A DNA stretch of 64,000 nt. Origin: an uncultured Alphaproteobacteria bacterium (lineage in GTDB: Bacteria > Pseudomonadota > Alphaproteobacteria > Rs-D84). A model generated the notes under the pieces. That model was not told the origin of the DNA. It saw nothing but the letters and a program-made list of their open reading frames with translations, and did not search any database. Location of the stretch: contig CALXMA010000004.1 of assembly GCA_944389345.1 (NCBI GenBank), positions 14,374 to 78,373 of the forward strand. The letters are read 5' to 3'. A program made the position numbers and the translations under genes. Shown piece after piece: positions 1 to 9,416 of this stretch (its first letter is position 1; each line of letters starts with the position of its first letter).

Positions 1-163
1 ACGGTACCAACTGGGTTGGTGGCGGAATTAAAAATCCACTGTTAACACCTTGGCCCAGGTGCAGGGCAACCTGGTTCTGGTTATCGCCCATAAACGGATT
101 TGTGTCGGCGAGTGCGGGTGCCGTGCATGCAATTATTAATATGGTCAACGCGATTTTTTTCAT
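1..163 (-). CDS. Partial CDS (N-terminus only; continues beyond window start): secreted protein with Sec signal peptide
   Basis: The reverse complement of 1-163 starts with ATG and reads MKKIALTILIIACTAPALA|DTNPFMGDNQNQVALHLGQGVNSGF. This is a textbook signal peptide with an AxA cleavage site. The ORF runs off the window edge and, being shorter than 60 aa inside the window, is absent from the ORF track. Confidence 0.4.
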   Translation of the reverse strand, partial: MKKIALTILIIACTAPALADTNPFMGDNQNQVALHLGQGVNSGFLIPPPTQLVP

Positions 164-244
164 GTACGAAATAATATAATATATGAGCGTTGTTTGCAAT
201 ATAAATTTATTAAATTTTATAATGAATTTTTGTGATATTCATAC

Positions 245-270
245 GTATAAAAAATCCGGGGTGTACCCGG
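245..270 (-). terminator. Rho-independent terminator downstream of tRNA-Met (minus strand)
   Basis: Hairpin CCGGG-gtgta-CCCGG (256-270). On the minus strand it is followed by a T-run, which is the complement of the A-run at 247-252. Confidence 0.55.
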
Positions 271-278
271 ATATATCT

Positions 279-355
279 TGGTAGCGGGAGAGGGACTTGA
301 ACCCCCGACACGTGGATTATGATTCCACTGCTCTAACCAGCTGAGCTATCCCGCC
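279..355 (-). tRNA. tRNA-Met (anticodon CAT; elongator Met or lysidine-type Ile2 cannot be told apart by eye)
   Basis: Reverse complement GGCGGGATAGCTCAGCTGGTTAGAGCAGTGGAATCATAATCCAC...GGGGGTTCAAGTCCCTCTCCCGCTACCA. It has a 7-bp acceptor stem, a D-arm, the anticodon loop ATCATAA, a canonical T-loop TTCAAGT and an encoded CCA. Length is 77 nt. Confidence 0.85.
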
Positions 356-411
356 AATGCCCCGCATTATATCAAAGAATTTTCAGAAAGCAAGTAAAAC
401 AATTTGCAATA

Positions 412-1080
412 TCAGAATGTATCGCCAACACGGTCATAACGTTTGTGGATGCAACCAATCGTTGTTTTGTGCACCCCCGGGGTTATCGTATAATATACAT
501 ACCGACCGTCACGACGCGAATGTACAAAATCATCGTCTGATAATTTTTTCAAATATTGCGATACCTTGGTCTGGGGGATTTGTGTGCCGTCCGAAATTTG
601 CGATACGCATGATTCACCATTGTATGTCAAAAATTCCAGAATCCGCATTTTATCATAATTTGCAAACAGTTTTATTCGGTTCGCAGACATTGTTGTATAA
701 TCAGTCGGTAAAATTTCTTTGTGGCCGGCGCGCAGAAATTTTAACTGGTCCGTCATGTGGCCGAATAATTTACGCAGGCATACAAAAATACTGGCCGGGT
801 ATTCTTCGCAAATTTCATAGTATACAAATATGCCACGACGGTGTGTGCGGACCAAATTTGCATCGCGCATTTTACGCAAAGATTGGGATACTATCATCTG
901 TTCCGTGCCGACACCGCGCGCAATCGCAGATACAGATGACATTCCGTATACGTCCAAAAATTCCAATATCCGCAGGCGCAACGGGTGGGCAATATATGTC
1001 AGACCACGTGTCGCACGTTCCATGACGGAATCTGGTAACAGGCCAGAAATTTTTACATCTGGTAAAACTTGTTTTGACAT
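412..1080 (-). CDS. Tandem (duplicated) ArsR/SmtB-family winged-helix transcriptional regulator
   Basis: The 222-aa protein contains two copies of the ArsR-type HTH signature, ...HPLRLRILEFL... and ...DKMRILEFLTYNGESCVSQIS... It is transcribed divergently from a membrane-protein gene. The overlapping plus-strand ORF 357-1025 is judged spurious. Confidence 0.7.
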   Translation of the reverse strand: MSKQVLPDVKISGLLPDSVMERATRGLTYIAHPLRLRILEFLDVYGMSSVSAIARGVGTEQMIVSQSLRKMRDANLVRTHRRGIFVYYEICEEYPASIFVCLRKLFGHMTDQLKFLRAGHKEILPTDYTTMSANRIKLFANYDKMRILEFLTYNGESCVSQISDGTQIPQTKVSQYLKKLSDDDFVHSRRDGRYVYYTITPGVHKTTIGCIHKRYDRVGDTF

Positions 1081-1123
1081 ATCATTAATATAACACGATT
1101 TTTTATGTTGGTAAATAAATTAT

Positions 1124-1174
1124 TTGACTTTTTGATATGTATTATAAATAATATGTATGAAAAACAATATGTAT
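1124..1174. promoter_or_regulatory. Divergent promoter/operator region: TTGACT -35-like hexamer followed by three direct repeats of ATATGTAT at 16-bp spacing
   Basis: The hexamer TTGACT lies at 1124-1129. ATATGTAT occurs at 1135-1142, 1151-1158 and 1167-1174 with an exact 16-bp period. The region lies between the ArsR-like gene (minus strand) and the membrane-protein gene (plus strand). Confidence 0.4.
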
Positions 1175-1208
1175 TAAAATTACTTAGTATGAAAGGGGGA
1201 ATTTTTAC

Positions 1209-1715
1209 ATGCGGTTGTTATCGAAATTATTGCCTGTGTGTGGGGCGTTTGTGCCGGGTGCGGTGTTTGCAAATCCGGCGTGTCCGATTTGTACAATTGC
1301 CATTGGTGCGGGTGTTGGGGTCGCAGAATCTTTGGGGGTGCCGACGTCTGTGGTTGGTCTGTGGGCCGGGGCGTTGTTAACATTGTTGGGGTATTGGGCG
1401 ATTAAGTTTTTTGATAAACGCGGGTGGAATTTCCCGGGACGAAATGCGTTATTAATAGGTTTGTCGGTCGCAATGATTGGGTTCGCGTATGTCGGTGATA
1501 TTGACTATACGCCTGTGTGGATATGTGATGTATTGTACATAGACCCGATATTGTTTGGCGCCATTATTGGTATGATTTTATTCATATTGGTTGAAAAACT
1601 GTATGAATGGATGAAGCGTAAAAACGGGGGGCATGCACATTTCCCGTTCGAACGCGTCGTATTGCCTGTCGTCGTGTTGGCGTTGGCCAGTTGGTTGTTC
1701 AGTGTTTGTTTCTAG
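1209..1715 (+). CDS. Hypothetical integral membrane protein (about 4 TM helices) with CPxC motif in first hydrophobic segment
   Basis: 168 aa. It contains hydrophobic stretches, the motif ANPACPICTIAIGAGVG near the N-terminus and a C-terminal hydrophobic helix. A Shine-Dalgarno-like AGGGGGA lies upstream. I do not recognise a family. Confidence 0.55.
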   Translation: MRLLSKLLPVCGAFVPGAVFANPACPICTIAIGAGVGVAESLGVPTSVVGLWAGALLTLLGYWAIKFFDKRGWNFPGRNALLIGLSVAMIGFAYVGDIDYTPVWICDVLYIDPILFGAIIGMILFILVEKLYEWMKRKNGGHAHFPFERVVLPVVVLALASWLFSVCF

Positions 1716-1735
1716 GGTATTACAGGGGGTAAAAA

Positions 1736-2299
1736 ATGGAAAAAATTAAAAACGTCAAAGAATTTGTTGAAAAGTTGGATGCGGCCAAAAAGGTTAATCC
1801 CAAGGATTTATCTTCTGACCAGGATTTAACGATTGGGATTATGAACCTGATTTCTATCGAAGAACATTTAATGTTTTCGGGTGCGAAAACCGGCAAGCAC
1901 GAATTTTATGACTTGATTAATGATGTTCGTGAACAGCGTAAGCAAATGATGCAGAAAATTATACCGTCGTACGAGGGTGAAGTATGGTGTATTTCTAAAC
2001 ATTTGTTGGCCGCGTCTATGCGTTTGTTCGAAGTTGGTACCAAGGCGTTGGCCGCAGGCGACAAAGATGGCGCGTATGATTTATTTGACCGGTCGTATGG
2101 GTTGTACTGTATTTTCTGGGGATTGAATATGGGTATGATTAACGGTGGTGTGGATGTAAAGTGGGTTAAAACAAAAAAATCATCCGAAACCGATAGGTCC
2201 GCACAGGCGGTTGTGGCAACGGATGATATGGCCGATGGTGGAAAGATGTCACGTCTGAAAAAGTGGGTGAAAAATGCGGTAAATTGCTGTATCGAATAA
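1736..2299 (+). CDS. Hypothetical protein (187 aa), probably co-transcribed with the upstream membrane protein
   Basis: GGGGGTAAAAA precedes the ATG. The gene starts 20 bp after the previous stop and is followed by a strong terminator. I recognise no family. Confidence 0.5.
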   Translation: MEKIKNVKEFVEKLDAAKKVNPKDLSSDQDLTIGIMNLISIEEHLMFSGAKTGKHEFYDLINDVREQRKQMMQKIIPSYEGEVWCISKHLLAASMRLFEVGTKALAAGDKDGAYDLFDRSYGLYCIFWGLNMGMINGGVDVKWVKTKKSSETDRSAQAVVATDDMADGGKMSRLKKWVKNAVNCCIE

Positions 2300-2328
2300 C
2301 AAAAAGTATGGTTTTTCTTTGTTGGACA

Positions 2329-2355
2329 AATCCCGCGTTCATGCGGGATTTTTTG
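2329..2355 (+). terminator. Rho-independent terminator
   Basis: Stem ATCCCGC (2330-2336) / GCGGGAT (2343-2349) with loop GTTCAT, followed by TTTTT. Confidence 0.7.
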
Positions 2356-2358
2356 TCC

Positions 2359-2386
2359 TTGATTTTTTGTGCACAGCCTTTATAAT
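2359..2386 (+). promoter_or_regulatory. Sigma70-like promoter for tRNA-Thr
   Basis: The -35-like TTGATT lies at 2359-2364. After a 16-bp spacer comes the -10 TATAAT at 2381-2386. The tRNA 5' end lies 16 bp further downstream. Confidence 0.5.
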
Positions 2387-2401
2387 TGGCGGGTAATGAT
2401 T

Positions 2402-2475
2402 GCCCTAATAGTCTAGTGGTAAAACACGTCCTTGGTAAGGACGAGTCGCAAGTCCGATTCTTGCTTAGGGCACCA
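2402..2475 (+). tRNA. tRNA-Thr (anticodon GGT)
   Basis: GCCCTAATAGTCTAGTGGTAAAACACGTCCTTGGTAAGGACGAGTCGCAAGTCCGATTCTTGCTTAGGGCACCA. The acceptor pairs GCCCTAA/TTAGGGC. The anticodon stem is CGTCC/GGACG with loop TTGGTAA, and CCA is encoded. Two oddities are one mismatch in the D-stem and a T-loop reading TCCGATT, which has C at the usually invariant U55. Confidence 0.75.
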
Positions 2476-2662
2476 GAAGTTTTCTTGTGGGAATGTGGGC
2501 GGTGATGTGATTGACAACCACGGAGTCGGCAGAACCCAATTAAAGTGATAAGCCGGGGTGGCACCGCGCACTGATTTTTTCTTTGCGCCCCCGATATTTC
2601 GAATGTGGGTGCCGTTTCCGAATTTTTTGCAAATTGGCGCCCAGAACATAAAAGGGACCGAT

Positions 2663-4432
2663 ATGTTATCTTTGAAATCTAAGTACAGAACGCATACGTG
2701 TGGCGAACTGAACAAATCCAACGTTGGCGAAACAGTTGTTTTGTCGGGATGGGTTCATCGCAAACGCGACCATGGGTCTTTGCTGTTTATCGACCTGCGC
2801 GATAATTATGGTATTACGCAGTGTGTGTTTGATGGTGGCGATGCCGATTTAGAACGTGTAAGACCGGAATCTGTGATTCAAATTACCGGTACGGTTGTTG
2901 CACGCGCAGATGATGCCGTGAATGATAAAATACCAACCGGCGCAATAGAAGTCCAGGCCAAAGAATGGCATGTTCTGACCAATGCGGATGTTTTGCCGTT
3001 CCAGGTTTTCGGTGATGATGATACTGTGTCCGAAGATTTACGTTTGAAATATCGCTATTTGGATTTGCGTCGTGAAACGTTGCACAACAATATACTGATG
3101 CGTAATCGTATGATTAAATTCATTCGTGATAAAATGTGGGATATGGGATTTTCTGAATTCCAGACACCGGTTCTGACCGCGTCCAGTCCCGAAGGTGCGC
3201 GCGATTTTATCGTGCCGTCGCGTAATCATCACGGTATGTTCTATGCGTTGCCCCAGGCGCCACAGCAATTTAAGCAAATATTGCAAATTGCCGGGTTCGA
3301 TCGGTATTTCCAAATTGCGCCATGTTTCCGAGACGAAGATTTGCGCGCCGACAGATTATTAGAATTTTACCAATTAGATTTGGAAATGTCGTTCGTAGAT
3401 TTGCGCGATATCCAGGCGGTTGGTGATACTTTAATGCCACAGATTATCCGTGAATTTGTCCCAGACGCCAAAATATGCGACGAAATTCCGCATATCCCGT
3501 TTGATGAAGCAATGTTGAAATATGGTTCGGACAAGCCTGATTTGCGTAATCCGATAATTATTCACGATGTGACGGATGTGTTCCGTGGGTCTGATTTTGG
3601 TATATTCGCAAATGCCATAGAAAACGGCAGTATCGTTCGTGCCGTGCCCGCACCAAACAGTGCAGACCGGCCACGTTCTTGGTATGATAAACTGGGCGAT
3701 TGGGCGGTCAAAGAACTGGGCCTGGGCGGATTGGGATATATTGTGTTTGCAGATGAGCCCAAAGGACCTGTTGCCAAGAAATTGGATGCAGACAGAATTG
3801 CAAAATTGCATGAAATTTCTGGGGATAATTCTTCGTTGTTCTTTATCTGTGATGCGCCAGATGTCGCGGCCAAGGCGGCGGGAAAACTGCGCAATAAATT
3901 GGGCACAGATTTGGGATTAATTGATGAAAAAGAATTCCGTTTGTGTTGGATAGAAGAATTCCCGTTCTTTGAAGAAGATCCAGAATCACCCACGGGATTG
4001 GCGTTTACCCATAATCCGTTTTCATACCCGATGGCAACGCTGGACGAATTAAAGACCAAAGACCCATTGTCTATCAAGGCCGCGCAATTCGATATGGTAT
4101 TGAATGGCGCAGAAATTTGCAGTGGTGGGTTGCGCAACTTTAATCCGGACGTTATGTTGCGGTGCTTTGAAATAACCGGGTATGATGAAGAGGTTGTAAA
4201 GCAGAAGTTTGGCGGAATGTATACCGCATTCCAATATGGTGCGCCACCGCACGGTGGATGTGCGTTTGGTTTGGACAGATTGGTTCAAATTATGTTGGCC
4301 GAACCAAATCTGCGTGCGGTTGTTGCGTTCCCGACAAATCAACGTGGACAAGACCTGATGATGGGCAGTCCGGGGCCTGTGACGGAAACACAACTGCGCG
4401 AGGCCCATATCCAGGTTCGCAAAAAAGGATAA
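2663..4432 (+). CDS. aspS: Aspartyl-tRNA synthetase
   Basis: The N-terminal OB-fold reads MLSLKSKYRTHTCGEL...GWVHRKRDHGSLLFIDLRD. Class II motifs include FRDEDLRADR, ...GGLRNFNP... and a C-terminal GLDRLV. The start is moved to the Met at 2663, which has an AAAGGGA ribosome-binding site. The ORF track begins 105 nt earlier. Confidence 0.93.
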   Translation: MLSLKSKYRTHTCGELNKSNVGETVVLSGWVHRKRDHGSLLFIDLRDNYGITQCVFDGGDADLERVRPESVIQITGTVVARADDAVNDKIPTGAIEVQAKEWHVLTNADVLPFQVFGDDDTVSEDLRLKYRYLDLRRETLHNNILMRNRMIKFIRDKMWDMGFSEFQTPVLTASSPEGARDFIVPSRNHHGMFYALPQAPQQFKQILQIAGFDRYFQIAPCFRDEDLRADRLLEFYQLDLEMSFVDLRDIQAVGDTLMPQIIREFVPDAKICDEIPHIPFDEAMLKYGSDKPDLRNPIIIHDVTDVFRGSDFGIFANAIENGSIVRAVPAPNSADRPRSWYDKLGDWAVKELGLGGLGYIVFADEPKGPVAKKLDADRIAKLHEISGDNSSLFFICDAPDVAAKAAGKLRNKLGTDLGLIDEKEFRLCWIEEFPFFEEDPESPTGLAFTHNPFSYPMATLDELKTKDPLSIKAAQFDMVLNGAEICSGGLRNFNPDVMLRCFEITGYDEEVVKQKFGGMYTAFQYGAPPHGGCAFGLDRLVQIMLAEPNLRAVVAFPTNQRGQDLMMGSPGPVTETQLREAHIQVRKKG

Positions 4433-4445
4433 TATTTATCCTATA

Positions 4446-4476
4446 CAAAAGCGGGGCAAAAATTGCCCCGTTTTTA
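4446..4476. terminator. Bidirectional rho-independent terminator between convergent aspS and asmA-like gene
   Basis: Stem CGGGGCAA (4452-4459) / TTGCCCCG (4463-4470) with loop AAA. An A-run lies on one side and a T-run on the other. Confidence 0.75.
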
Positions 4477-4489
4477 TTTGTATGTTTTA

Positions 4490-6967
4490 TTAAAACTTGT
4501 CATGTGTTTTTACAAAATCACGCATAAACGTTGCATCAAAATTATTCATAATTTCTGACAGTGAATATTTGCGTGTCCCGTCGGGGTATATAGATAAATC
4601 TATGGGCGCGGGTACGGGTGATGTGCCACGCAGTACCAGATTGAAATCTGCGGTCATGGAACCGTCGGCGATTTCCAGGTTGCCTGTCGCGTCTGTGTGG
4701 CGCATGCGCAACGTTATTGGTGTTGTTGTTGAAAACACCCCATTGTTATATTTACCGATAATGCGCATATTTTTTAATTCTGATATGCCACCATCCAGTG
4801 CGTATGACAGCGCATATTCCGCGTTAAATGTATTTATCTGGTTCGCGCCTGCAAAGAAATTATCAACACCAAAACCAACGATATATCCACCCTGGAACGT
4901 CAGGTCCAATTGACCAGACATATTATATTCCAGGTCGTGGGCGATGTTGCCGAATGTGTGCATATTTATTTCGCCCGTGATGGTTGTGTCGCCGACGTTT
5001 AACGGCATTTGTGGCCCCAGTAATTCACCGTTTGTTACAAACCTGTTTAACTGGGCAAAGATGTCATATTTGTTGCCTGTGCGTGATATGGTGGATAATA
5101 TATTCCCACGGTCTGCGTCGGTGATAGAAAATGTCTGGGTGTCGGGTTTCAGTGCGTATACAAAATTTCTGAACGCGTTTCCGCCGTATACTATTACGTC
5201 CGCCGATAACGATATGTTCACAGGAAATGTAAACGGAATAGTTATCGGTGCCGGTGTTAAATAGCCCAGTTCTTCGTAATTATCCAAGTAATCCGCATTC
5301 AAAAACGAATCCAGGTTTAATACGGTTGTATGCAGTGTTATGTTTTTATTACTGATACTGCCCGTGAATGTGTGGTCTGCGATTTTTATTTCCAGGTTCG
5401 ATACATTGTTCCCATTATATGTGCCAGATACGACGTATCCCATATTATTAAATGCGCGCATATCTGTGTTGGGAAACCAGTCTTTGGCGTTCGTTCCGGA
5501 TATGTAGAAATATTTATCTGTCAGGTATAATTCCCAACGGCCAGAATTCGGGACAAAGTGCATCATGTTGCCGTCCCAATTAAAATTGCCGACCGCGTTC
5601 TGCATGAACTTTGGTATGCCCGTCATATTCGGGTTTAACCACGATAATGTTTTATCGTTTGCAAATCTGTATGACGGTATTATATCGTCGGGACCGTTTA
5701 TCTGGTACGTGCCAGCAATGTCCGCAAATTCAAAGTCTATGGTTCCACGTGGTGCGAATTTCAGCAAATCGCGTATCGCGTCTGTGCGGTCAGGGGACGG
5801 CGTTTCGGAAAACACCAATAAATCAAATTTTTCGGGTGATACAGATATTGCGCCCGCGTAATTACCGTATGAAAATCTGGTACAATGCCAATCCGTGGGT
5901 GTTCCATAAAACAGGCATGATGCGGGGGCGCCCTGGTACGGCATATTTATCATTAAATCATGCGCGCCAAATGCGTCAATTGTCCCACCCGTGATGGCGA
6001 TGTCGTCCGCGACAATGGATTCTATTTGCAGATTATCGCGTGTGCCGTTGGCATTTACTTTCAAGTGTTCAAATGTACGTGCGCCAAAACGTATCGCGCC
6101 GGTAAAATCTAAATCAAATTTAGTTTGATAAAATATGCGCGATGGTTTGGTTAAAAATGACATATCATAGACTATGTCATGACCGCGCAATTTTACATCC
6201 TTGGTCCCGTCGGGGTTGATTGTTATGTTGCCCGTGATTCTGTCCATATGGATGTCGGTGAATTTCCATCCACGGCCACCGTCCCAATCAAATTTCATTG
6301 CCAGGTTCACGGTTTTATCTATGCGTGGTTCAGAAAAACCAAACCAACGATTTATGTCGTCTGTGCGCATCGATATTTTGCCACGTGCAGAACCGTCCGC
6401 AAATATTTGACCAGATATTTCCAAATCATCGTTTTGGTTCAAAACGTAAAATTCATCGTTTTCAAAATCTATGTCATATTTATGCTGGGCCGTGCGGATT
6501 ACACCGACCAAGTGGCCCGAATTTAACGTCGCGTTAATGATTTCAAATTCACGGTTTTTGAAATTTATATTCGAATTGTGTATTTCCAGTGGAATATCCA
6601 GATTCCACGGTATCAGATTTGATATGGATATATCCGCATCGTATATTGTTATATCATCCGTTAAACGGGCGTTATCCATATTAAATATGCTGGTAAACGG
6701 AACCGTAATCATTAACGCACCAATTGTTCCGTTTTGGATATGAACGTCATGTGCAACAATTGTTGTTCGGCCCAGCAAGCTGAAATGTATGTCCCCGTCT
6801 ATTTTTGCATGAATTCCCGTTTGTTCCGCAATCGTTGCAACGATTTTTGGTTTCAGGTTATTTAGCGTTATCATTGGTGGTACCAATACAACCGCCATAA
6901 CCCCCGCGCCAATTACGCCGACAACGGACCATAGAATTCTGCGTTTATATCTGGGTTTTAATGACAT
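4490..6967 (-). CDS. AsmA-family outer-membrane biogenesis protein
   Basis: 825 aa. There is an N-terminal TM anchor (ILWSVVGVIGAGVMAVVLV) followed by a long beta-rich periplasmic region, which is the typical AsmA/TamB-like architecture. A GAGGA ribosome-binding site sits upstream of the start codon. Confidence 0.7.
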   Translation of the reverse strand: MSLKPRYKRRILWSVVGVIGAGVMAVVLVPPMITLNNLKPKIVATIAEQTGIHAKIDGDIHFSLLGRTTIVAHDVHIQNGTIGALMITVPFTSIFNMDNARLTDDITIYDADISISNLIPWNLDIPLEIHNSNINFKNREFEIINATLNSGHLVGVIRTAQHKYDIDFENDEFYVLNQNDDLEISGQIFADGSARGKISMRTDDINRWFGFSEPRIDKTVNLAMKFDWDGGRGWKFTDIHMDRITGNITINPDGTKDVKLRGHDIVYDMSFLTKPSRIFYQTKFDLDFTGAIRFGARTFEHLKVNANGTRDNLQIESIVADDIAITGGTIDAFGAHDLMINMPYQGAPASCLFYGTPTDWHCTRFSYGNYAGAISVSPEKFDLLVFSETPSPDRTDAIRDLLKFAPRGTIDFEFADIAGTYQINGPDDIIPSYRFANDKTLSWLNPNMTGIPKFMQNAVGNFNWDGNMMHFVPNSGRWELYLTDKYFYISGTNAKDWFPNTDMRAFNNMGYVVSGTYNGNNVSNLEIKIADHTFTGSISNKNITLHTTVLNLDSFLNADYLDNYEELGYLTPAPITIPFTFPVNISLSADVIVYGGNAFRNFVYALKPDTQTFSITDADRGNILSTISRTGNKYDIFAQLNRFVTNGELLGPQMPLNVGDTTITGEINMHTFGNIAHDLEYNMSGQLDLTFQGGYIVGFGVDNFFAGANQINTFNAEYALSYALDGGISELKNMRIIGKYNNGVFSTTTPITLRMRHTDATGNLEIADGSMTADFNLVLRGTSPVPAPIDLSIYPDGTRKYSLSEIMNNFDATFMRDFVKTHDKF

Positions 6968-7014
6968 TCCTCTATTCCCTTGTTTTTTGATTATAATGAA
7001 TTATATTAACCTTT

Positions 7015-9003
7015 GTGAATAAAAAAATATTTGATCTTCAAAGTGATTATAAACCCATGGGGGATCAACCGCAGGCAATTTCCGAATTGGTGGCGGGTGT
7101 TCGTGATGGACGGCGCAGTCAGGTACTGTTGGGGGTGACGGGGTCTGGTAAAACTTTTACCATGGCTAATGTTATTGCGGAACTGGGGCGGCCGGCGATG
7201 ATTATGGCGCCTAATAAAATTCTGGCGGCACAGTTGTATACAGAAATGAAATCTTTTTTCCCGAATAATCACGTGGAATATTTTGTTTCTTACTATGATT
7301 ATTACCAGCCAGAGGCATATTTGCCAACAACCGATACATATATCGATAAAGATGCGTCTATTAATGAACAACTGGACCGTATGCGACACAGTGCAACGCG
7401 CGCCATGTTAGAAGAACGTGATGTTGTGGTGGTGTCTTCGGTGTCGTCTATTTATGGTATGGGGTCCCCAGAACAATATTCTGGGATGAAGGTTGTTTTG
7501 CGCACAGGGGATAAAACCGGTTTGGCCGATGTTGTGCGGTCGTTGGTTGATATTCAATACAAGCGTAATGATGTCGCGTTCGAACGTGGTTGTTTCCGGG
7601 TGCGCGGTGATACGTTGGATTTGTTCCCGTCGCATTCACAGGACCGCGGGTGGAAAATTTCTTTTTGGGGCGATGAAATCGAAGATATATGGGAATTCGA
7701 TACATTGACCGGGGCCAAGTTGCAAAAACTGGATAGGGTGGCGGTGTATCCAAATACGCACTATGCAACGCCTATGCCGTCTATATTACAGGCGATTGGG
7801 CAGATTCGCGCCGATTTAGCAGAACGGTTGAAATATTTTCACGATAATATGAAATATATCGAAGAACAACGTCTGCGCGAACGTGTTAATTTTGATATAG
7901 AAATGATGGAATCAACCGGTACATGTCGCGGAATTGAAAATTATTCACGATATTTATCGGGGCGTGCACCGGGACAGCCACCACCAACATTGTTCGAATA
8001 TTTACCAGATGATGCCGTGCTGTTCATAGACGAAAGTCATGTAACCGTACCACAGATTTCCGCAATGTCGCGCGGGGACAGGGCACGAAAAGAAACGTTG
8101 TCCCAATATGGATTTCGGTTGCCGGCATGTATTGATAACAGACCCCTGACGTTTGAAGAATGGGACGTGTTGCGCCCCCAGACCATATTTGTGTCCGCAA
8201 CGCCGGCGGAATGGGAACTGAATCAATCGGGTGGAATTGTGTCTGAACAGGTTATCAGACCAACGGGGTTGTTGGACCCAGAATGCGAAGTGCGCCCAAC
8301 CGAACACCAGGTGGATGATTTATTGGCCGAGGTCAAGAAAATCAAAGGTCGCGTTTTGGTTACAACATTGACCAAAAAAATGGCGGAACAATTAACGGAC
8401 TATTTCGTGGAAAATGGCGTGCGGGCCAAGTATCTGCACAGTGATATTGAAACACTGGAACGTATTGAATTGTTGCGTGATTTGCGATTGGGTAAATTCG
8501 ATGTGTTGGTGGGAATTAACCTGTTACGCGAAGGTTTGGATGTACCAGAATGTGAACTGGTCGCGATTATGGATGCAGATAAAGAAGGGTTCTTGCGGTC
8601 AACGCGGTCGCTGATTCAGACAATAGGGCGCGCGGCGCGTAATGCAAATGGGCGTGTGATTTTGTATGCGGATGTTATGACGGATTCTATGAAATCTGCG
8701 CTGGGGGAAACGGCGCGCCGTCGGGAAAAACAAATGGCGTATAACCGTGCCCACAATATCACACCGAAAACCGTGACCAAGGCCGTATTTGCCGAAGTTG
8801 GCGATAAAAACGAAAAGACCGATAAAAAACGCAAATTTGTTTATACGTCTGATGGGGTTATGGATGCAGAAACATTGCGTCGTGATATCAAAAAACTGAC
8901 CAAGCAAATGCGCGACGCCGCAGAAGATTTGGATTTTGAACGCGCCGCGGAACTGCGTGATGCTATCCATAAAATGGAAGATGATTTGTTGCTGTTGGAG
9001 TAG
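7015..9003 (+). CDS. uvrB: Excinuclease ABC subunit B
   Basis: 662 aa. Features are the N-terminal ...SDYKPMGDQPQAISEL..., the Walker A motif GVTGSGKTF and helicase motifs, and a C-terminal UvrB/UvrC-interaction domain ending ...AAELRDAIHKMEDDL. It starts with GTG at 7015. Confidence 0.95.
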   Translation: MNKKIFDLQSDYKPMGDQPQAISELVAGVRDGRRSQVLLGVTGSGKTFTMANVIAELGRPAMIMAPNKILAAQLYTEMKSFFPNNHVEYFVSYYDYYQPEAYLPTTDTYIDKDASINEQLDRMRHSATRAMLEERDVVVVSSVSSIYGMGSPEQYSGMKVVLRTGDKTGLADVVRSLVDIQYKRNDVAFERGCFRVRGDTLDLFPSHSQDRGWKISFWGDEIEDIWEFDTLTGAKLQKLDRVAVYPNTHYATPMPSILQAIGQIRADLAERLKYFHDNMKYIEEQRLRERVNFDIEMMESTGTCRGIENYSRYLSGRAPGQPPPTLFEYLPDDAVLFIDESHVTVPQISAMSRGDRARKETLSQYGFRLPACIDNRPLTFEEWDVLRPQTIFVSATPAEWELNQSGGIVSEQVIRPTGLLDPECEVRPTEHQVDDLLAEVKKIKGRVLVTTLTKKMAEQLTDYFVENGVRAKYLHSDIETLERIELLRDLRLGKFDVLVGINLLREGLDVPECELVAIMDADKEGFLRSTRSLIQTIGRAARNANGRVILYADVMTDSMKSALGETARRREKQMAYNRAHNITPKTVTKAVFAEVGDKNEKTDKKRKFVYTSDGVMDAETLRRDIKKLTKQMRDAAEDLDFERAAELRDAIHKMEDDLLLLE

Positions 9004-9006
9004 GAT

Positions 9007-9408
9007 ATGCAAAAAGTATATGAACTGAAAAATATCGATGAAACGCGTGCGTGGGCACGGGATTTTGCAAAAACACTGCGTGCGCCGTGTGTTGTTGCGT
9101 TGCATGGTGATTTGGGTATGGGAAAATCTGAGATTGCACGAACAATAATTCAGACCTTGCGTGGAACCGATACCGTCGTCCCCAGTCCAACATTCACAAT
9201 CGTACAGAACTATGATGGAATATCACATTTTGACCTGTATCGTATAGAAGATAAATCAGAGTTGGTTGAAATCGGTTTGCCGTATGCAATTCAAAACGAT
9301 ATCACGTTAATAGAATGGCCAGAAATTGCATCTGATATTTTACCGGATAATACAATTCATGTGTATTTAACCGGGGATGGCGATATGCGAAAACTGGTTA
9401 TAGAATAA
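9007..9408 (+). CDS. tsaE: tRNA threonylcarbamoyladenosine biosynthesis protein TsaE (P-loop ATPase YjeE)
   Basis: 133 aa with ...VVALHGDLGMGKSEIAR... and TFTIVQNY...HFDLYR. It starts 4 bp after the uvrB stop. Confidence 0.85.
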   Translation: MQKVYELKNIDETRAWARDFAKTLRAPCVVALHGDLGMGKSEIARTIIQTLRGTDTVVPSPTFTIVQNYDGISHFDLYRIEDKSELVEIGLPYAIQNDITLIEWPEIASDILPDNTIHVYLTGDGDMRKLVIE

Positions 9409-9416
9409 GTTAAAAA

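Noticed and set aside
357-1025. 222-aa plus-strand ORF exactly antisense to the ArsR-like gene
   Set aside because: It mirrors the length of the minus-strand gene and has no motifs. The minus-strand product has two clear ArsR HTH signatures, so this is treated as a shadow ORF.
3562-4137. 191-aa minus-strand ORF inside aspS
   Set aside because: It overlaps a highly conserved class II aaRS coding region and its Ser/Asn-rich low-complexity translation is typical of an antisense artefact.
8599-9105. 168-aa minus-strand ORF overlapping the uvrB 3' end and tsaE start
   Set aside because: It is antisense to two well-supported genes and its Cys/Phe/Ile-rich translation is typical of reverse-strand noise.
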